Assembly: GCA_012837585.1 (NCBI GenBank)
Contig: DUQW01000017.1
Span: 1-59,041, forward strand
Direction: 5' to 3'
DNA: 59,041 bases
From: Acholeplasmataceae bacterium
Lineage (GTDB): Bacteria; Bacillota_I; Bacilli_A; Acholeplasmatales; Acholeplasmataceae
Positions 55,370-59,041 of this stretch are shown piece after piece. A program made the position numbers and the translations under genes. The stretch's first letter is position 1, and the number at the start of each line of letters is the position of its first letter. Below the pieces are notes generated by a model that did no database searches, had not been told where the DNA came from, and saw only the letters and a list, made by a program, of their open reading frames with translations.

Positions 55370-56732
55370 AATCAATAAAATATTAGAAGCCGGAGTTCAA
55401 ACTGGCGCTGATTTTGCCGAATTATTTTTAGAAAATACCATTTCTAACTCAATGCGAGGAATGTCAGGAGAAATTGATTCGGTTTCTACTAATGAAACAT
55501 TCGGTGCCGGAATTAGATTAATTTCGGGAATTGATGAAGTTTATGGATACACTAATGATGTATCATTTGAGTCACTTTTAAAACTAGCAACTGATTTATC
55601 AAAATCATTTAATGGTAAACCAGGAGTAGTACTACCTTTAGGAAACGAAAGACCATATGAAGTAAATGTTAAAAGACGTATGGGCGATGTTTCTAATGAA
55701 GAAAGAAAAGAGATTATTCAAAGAATTTCGAAACGCATAAAAGATTTTGATGCAAAAATCGTTCAAGGTGTCGTAAATATTTCGGAAAGTGAACAAGTAG
55801 TAGTAATTGCTAATAACCGCGGCGTTTATCAAACGGATTTCCGTCCTTATATTCGCATTTCATTTTCAGCCGTAGCTAAAGATGAAACAGGAATGCAAGA
55901 TGCTTATGAAGGACCAGGGGCAAGAGCGGGTTTTGAATTTATTGATTCACTTAACTTAGAAGCTATCGCCGATGATGTTTCAGAAACTGCAATTAGAATT
56001 TTAGGTGCCGAAAAAATTAAACCTCAAATTATGACAGTAGTTTTAAATAATGGTTTTGGTGGAGTTATTTTCCACGAAGCATGCGGACACCCACTAGAAG
56101 CTAATTCAGTATCAAAAGGTTTATCACCATTTGCAGGTAAACTTGGTGAAGTTGTCGCATCAGAAGTAGTATCAGCATACGATGATGGTACTATTGAAGG
56201 CGCTTGGGGTGGTATGAATACTGATGATGAAGGAAATGCACCACAAAAGAACTTACTAATTGAAAAAGGAATCTTAAAAGGATATTTAATCGATTATCGT
56301 AATGGTAAGAGAATGAATATGGAGCCAAATGGTTCATCTAGAAGACAATCATATAAATATTCACCAACATCTCGTATGAACTCAACATACATCGCTTGTG
56401 GTGAATCTAAGTTTGAAGATTTAATTAAAAATACTGAATACGGATTATTCGCCAAAAGATTAGGCGGCGGTTCAGTGAACCCTGCTACCGGAGAATTTAA
56501 CTTTGCAGTCATGGAAGGTTATTATATTCGTGATGGTAAAATTGCTGAACCAGTTAAAGGCGCAATGTTAATTGGAAATGGCGGAGAAATCTTAAAACAT
56601 ATTGATATGGTTGCTGATAACTTAGAGTTATCACAAGGTATGTGTGGTTCATCAAGTGGATCAATTCCAGTTGATGTTGGTCAACCAGCAATTAGAGTTA
56701 GAGACATGACAGTTGGCGGAGGTGGTCAATAA
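55353..56732 (+). CDS. tldD: TldD-family metalloprotease
   Basis: Start at ATG 55353 (SD gaggaaaaac), overlapping the ABC gene end by 17 nt. Zinc motif HEACGHPLE. C-terminal GxC...GG tail typical of TldD. Confidence 0.9.
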   Translation: MIRKDKINKILEAGVQTGADFAELFLENTISNSMRGMSGEIDSVSTNETFGAGIRLISGIDEVYGYTNDVSFESLLKLATDLSKSFNGKPGVVLPLGNERPYEVNVKRRMGDVSNEERKEIIQRISKRIKDFDAKIVQGVVNISESEQVVVIANNRGVYQTDFRPYIRISFSAVAKDETGMQDAYEGPGARAGFEFIDSLNLEAIADDVSETAIRILGAEKIKPQIMTVVLNNGFGGVIFHEACGHPLEANSVSKGLSPFAGKLGEVVASEVVSAYDDGTIEGAWGGMNTDDEGNAPQKNLLIEKGILKGYLIDYRNGKRMNMEPNGSSRRQSYKYSPTSRMNSTYIACGESKFEDLIKNTEYGLFAKRLGGGSVNPATGEFNFAVMEGYYIRDGKIAEPVKGAMLIGNGGEILKHIDMVADNLELSQGMCGSSSGSIPVDVGQPAIRVRDMTVGGGGQ

Positions 56733-58042
56733 TGTATCAAAAGTGGATTAAAAAAGGACTAGCTAAAGGGTTAACTGATTTAGAAATTTATGCAGTTATA
56801 TCAAAAGATTTATCACTTTCAATTTATCAAGGAAAAGTAGAAGAATACACTAAAAGTGAATTACACGAAGTTTCAATTAGAGGAATTTATAACAATAAAT
56901 ATACTTCATTAAATGCTGAAAACTTATCAGATGATAATATCGATACACTATTAGATAAACTAATTGAAAATGCGAAAAGTTTAACTGTTGAAGAACCAGC
57001 AATTATTTATGAAGGTTCTAAGAATTATCCAGAAGTGGTAGATACAGTTTTTGATTTTGATAAAGTTCCTTTTGAAGATAAAGTAAACTATTTACTTAAA
57101 CTAGAAAGTGAAATTCAAAAAAATGAATATGTTACCCAAGTAGAAAGTGCTAATTACGGAGAAACATATGTAGAAACTCATTTAGTTAACTCTAAAGGAT
57201 TAAATTTATCAAGAGTTAAATCATATGCATATGGATATGCATTTGCCGTATTTAAAAAAGATGCTGATATTAAAACTTCTTATAAAATCAAAATTGTTAA
57301 AGACTTTAGTGAATTTGACGCAGTTGATCAAGCTAAAGAAACAATTTTAGATGGAGTTAGTAAACTAGGTGGATTAGAAATTCCGTCTGGAACATACCCA
57401 GTAGTATTTTCTAATGAAAGATTTCCGAATTTATTAAGTGCTTTTTCATCAATTTTTAGTGGTACTGCCGCCTATAAAAAGATGAGTGCTTTAGTTGGAA
57501 AAGAAGGAGAAAAAATTGCATTAGATAATATTACTATTGTTGATGACCCGTTATCAAAAGATGCTTTTTTCCAATACGCATTTGATGATCAAGGAGTTGC
57601 TTGCCGCACGAAAAAAATTATTGAAAACGGCGTATTTAAGGGATTTATTAATGACTTAAAGAGTGCGGCAATCTTAAATGTAGAACCAACAGGAAATAGT
57701 TTTAATGAAAGAGTTTCAACAACTAATTTTTATTTACTTCCTGGCGAGTTATCATTTGATGAATTAATCGCTCCAATTAAAGACGGATTATATATTACTG
57801 AACTACAAGGTTTACACGCAGGTGTTCAACCAATTTCGGGATCATTTAACTTACAAGCGAGTGGCTTTAAGATTATTGACGGTAAAATTGATCATCCAGT
57901 TAAAATGATCGTTGTTTCTGGAAACTTTTTTGAGATTTTAAAATCAATTAAAGGTTTAGGAAATGATTTAAAGATTTCAGAATTAAGTGGTTACGGTAGT
58001 CCATCAGTTTATGTTGGTGATTTAGCTATTGGTGGTAAATAA
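56732..58042 (+). CDS. pmbA: PmbA/TldE-family protein (TldD partner)
   Basis: 436 aa. TAATG overlap with tldD. PmbA/TldD fold without the HExxxH motif. Confidence 0.88.
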   Translation: MYQKWIKKGLAKGLTDLEIYAVISKDLSLSIYQGKVEEYTKSELHEVSIRGIYNNKYTSLNAENLSDDNIDTLLDKLIENAKSLTVEEPAIIYEGSKNYPEVVDTVFDFDKVPFEDKVNYLLKLESEIQKNEYVTQVESANYGETYVETHLVNSKGLNLSRVKSYAYGYAFAVFKKDADIKTSYKIKIVKDFSEFDAVDQAKETILDGVSKLGGLEIPSGTYPVVFSNERFPNLLSAFSSIFSGTAAYKKMSALVGKEGEKIALDNITIVDDPLSKDAFFQYAFDDQGVACRTKKIIENGVFKGFINDLKSAAILNVEPTGNSFNERVSTTNFYLLPGELSFDELIAPIKDGLYITELQGLHAGVQPISGSFNLQASGFKIIDGKIDHPVKMIVVSGNFFEILKSIKGLGNDLKISELSGYGSPSVYVGDLAIGGK

Positions 58043-58110
58043 AAAAATATTTTTTATTTTAATAAAAATATGGTAAACTACTATTGGATTATGTAAAAGG
58101 AGTTTTTAAA

Positions 58111-58635
58111 ATGAAAAGAGGCGCACTAACAATTATATTTTTAAGTTTATTAGTTATAGTCGTAATTTTAAGCTTTGGAAATATTGGACAAGGTAAAGCA
58201 ACCGATGTTGCCACAGTTGAAATTGATAGAAAAAATAATGATATATTAATTACTCCAACAGGAAAAGATAATGTTTTAATCTTACCAGAGATATTAACGA
58301 TTAAAAGAATTAAGATTGTTGAATTAACTGTTGGTGAAGAAATTAGAAATGATTTTCCAGTAATCTATGTTAAAGAAGATGCTGGTAAAATAATTAGAGT
58401 TACTTTCGATACTTTATGGGGCGAAAAAATTTATTTAGTCAAATTAATTTTAACTGACTATATTAAATTTTATGTTGACGGAGAATTAACTTCAATTGTT
58501 AATAAAACCGAAATTGCTGCTTCTAGAGGATTTCCTCAAGGAAATTATACTTGGTATAGTGATGAGGCATTAACCCAAGAGTTTGACATTTTAAAGTTAA
58601 ACGAAACATTTTCATTATATACTTCGACTAATTAA
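58111..58635 (+). CDS. membrane-anchored protein with a C-terminal Listeria-Bacteroides (Flg_new-like) repeat
   Basis: Start at ATG 58111 (SD aaaaggag). N-terminal TM anchor. The C-terminal YVDGELTS...GNYTWYSDEALTQEFD...ETFSLYT resembles the G(Y/F)xFxGWYxD...LYAxW repeat. Confidence 0.65.
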   Translation: MKRGALTIIFLSLLVIVVILSFGNIGQGKATDVATVEIDRKNNDILITPTGKDNVLILPEILTIKRIKIVELTVGEEIRNDFPVIYVKEDAGKIIRVTFDTLWGEKIYLVKLILTDYIKFYVDGELTSIVNKTEIAASRGFPQGNYTWYSDEALTQEFDILKLNETFSLYTSTN

Positions 58636-58648
58636 GAAAAATATATTT

Positions 58649-58678
58649 AAAACAGAAACTTTTGTTTCTGTTTTTTTT
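58649..58678 (+). terminator. rho-independent terminator
   Basis: aaaacagaaac / tttt / gtttctgtttt followed by T7. Confidence 0.85.
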
Positions 58679-58739
58679 ATTGGTATTTCCTATATTTTAT
58701 GATAATATTATTTATAGAGGGATTAGTAAAACATGGTAA

Positions 58740-59041
58740 AAAAATTACGTGAAGAAAAACTATGAATTATACGAATTACCAGTAGTTAACGAAGAAAACA
58801 AATTAATAGGGATTTTAACACTTGATTACGCGATTGATATTGCTGCTAAAGAAGACGAAGAAGACTTTGCAAGACTTGCGGCCCTGCCATAAAGTGAAAC
58901 TAAACACTCATGGATTAAAAGAGCACTTCAACGATTACCATGGTTAATCGTTTTAATGGTTTTATTTATTCCATTAATGTCATTTTCTGAATTAATGATT
59001 GCGGGGTTAGGTGGATTGCGATTTTAGCATTTTTCCAACCA
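58740..59041 (+). pseudogene. mgtE: magnesium transporter MgtE remnant (5' half deleted; in-frame stops and a frame change; runs off the window)
   Basis: The frame reads ...YELYELPVVNEENKLIGILTLDYAIDIAAKEDEEDFARLAALP*SETKHSWIKRALQRLPWLIVLMVLFIPLM...GGLRF*. This is the end of CBS2 and the start of the MgtE TM domain. TAA at 58890-58892, TAG at 59025-59027. After the TAG the MgtE-like reading (WIAILAFFQP) continues in another frame. Confidence 0.7.

Noticed and set aside
3348-56512. About 23 short ORFs (60-133 aa) in the track that lie antisense to or inside long conserved genes. Examples: 3348-3545, 4382-4603, 9600-9797, 13390-13668, 19349-19582, 27598-27898, 32547-32810, 39091-39273, 44988-45224, 48372-48578, 54505-54744, 56294-56512.
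   Set aside because: Each is fully embedded in a well-supported CDS on the other strand. None has an SD or promoter. Their compositions are low-complexity (S/L/I/F-rich), typical of antisense reading of AT-rich coding DNA.
58679-58739. M-box (Mg2+) riboswitch upstream of the mgtE remnant.
   Set aside because: Only about 60 nt of AT-rich sequence lie between the upstream terminator and the remnant, which is far too short and unstructured for an M-box.

Overview
AT-rich (about 30% GC by eye, not computed), very gene-dense chromosomal segment from a low-GC Firmicutes/Mollicutes-like organism; the gene content looks Acholeplasma-like, but that placement is an inference. UGA is a stop codon here: many ATGA/GTGA stop-start overlaps end full-length conserved proteins. 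About 55 genes, all but four on the + strand. Much of the order matches the Bacillus oriC-proximal pattern (rpsF-ssb-rpsR, gdpP-rplI-dnaB, prfA-prmC-tsaC-rpiB-upp, yycJ-rlmH, dnaD-nth). Content in order: tpiA 3' end; lplA-gcvT-gcvH-gcvPA-gcvPB-tatD-cinA; ribosomal and replication genes; a shikimate cluster coupled to recG; plsX-rnc-dnaD-nth; a small accessory-looking cluster (XRE-HTH/TPR regulator, 4-TM protein, 8-module Ig-repeat surface protein); flavodoxin; dnaE; head-to-head PPi- and ATP-type phosphofructokinases; uvrB; a TroA/ZnuA-type metal ABC importer; pepT; a heterodimeric ABC exporter coupled to tldD-pmbA; an mgtE remnant. I found no rRNA, tRNA, CRISPR, IS or prophage signal. Items worth a second look: (1) stop-less in-frame fusions that keep an internal SD+ATG at each junction (GdpP-L9, AroA-chorismate mutase-AroE); (2) both metal-importer permeases carry paralogous C-terminal winged-helix-like tails and no separate metalloregulator gene is present; (3) the regulator/membrane/Ig-repeat cluster, where a strong terminator hairpin also sequesters the SD of the surface-protein gene; (4) the ABC exporter-TldD-PmbA operon with no visible substrate gene; (5) divergent PPi/ATP PFK paralogs; (6) two decayed genes (a frameshifted lipoprotein, an mgtE remnant). 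All family assignments come from motif recognition by eye, not database searches.
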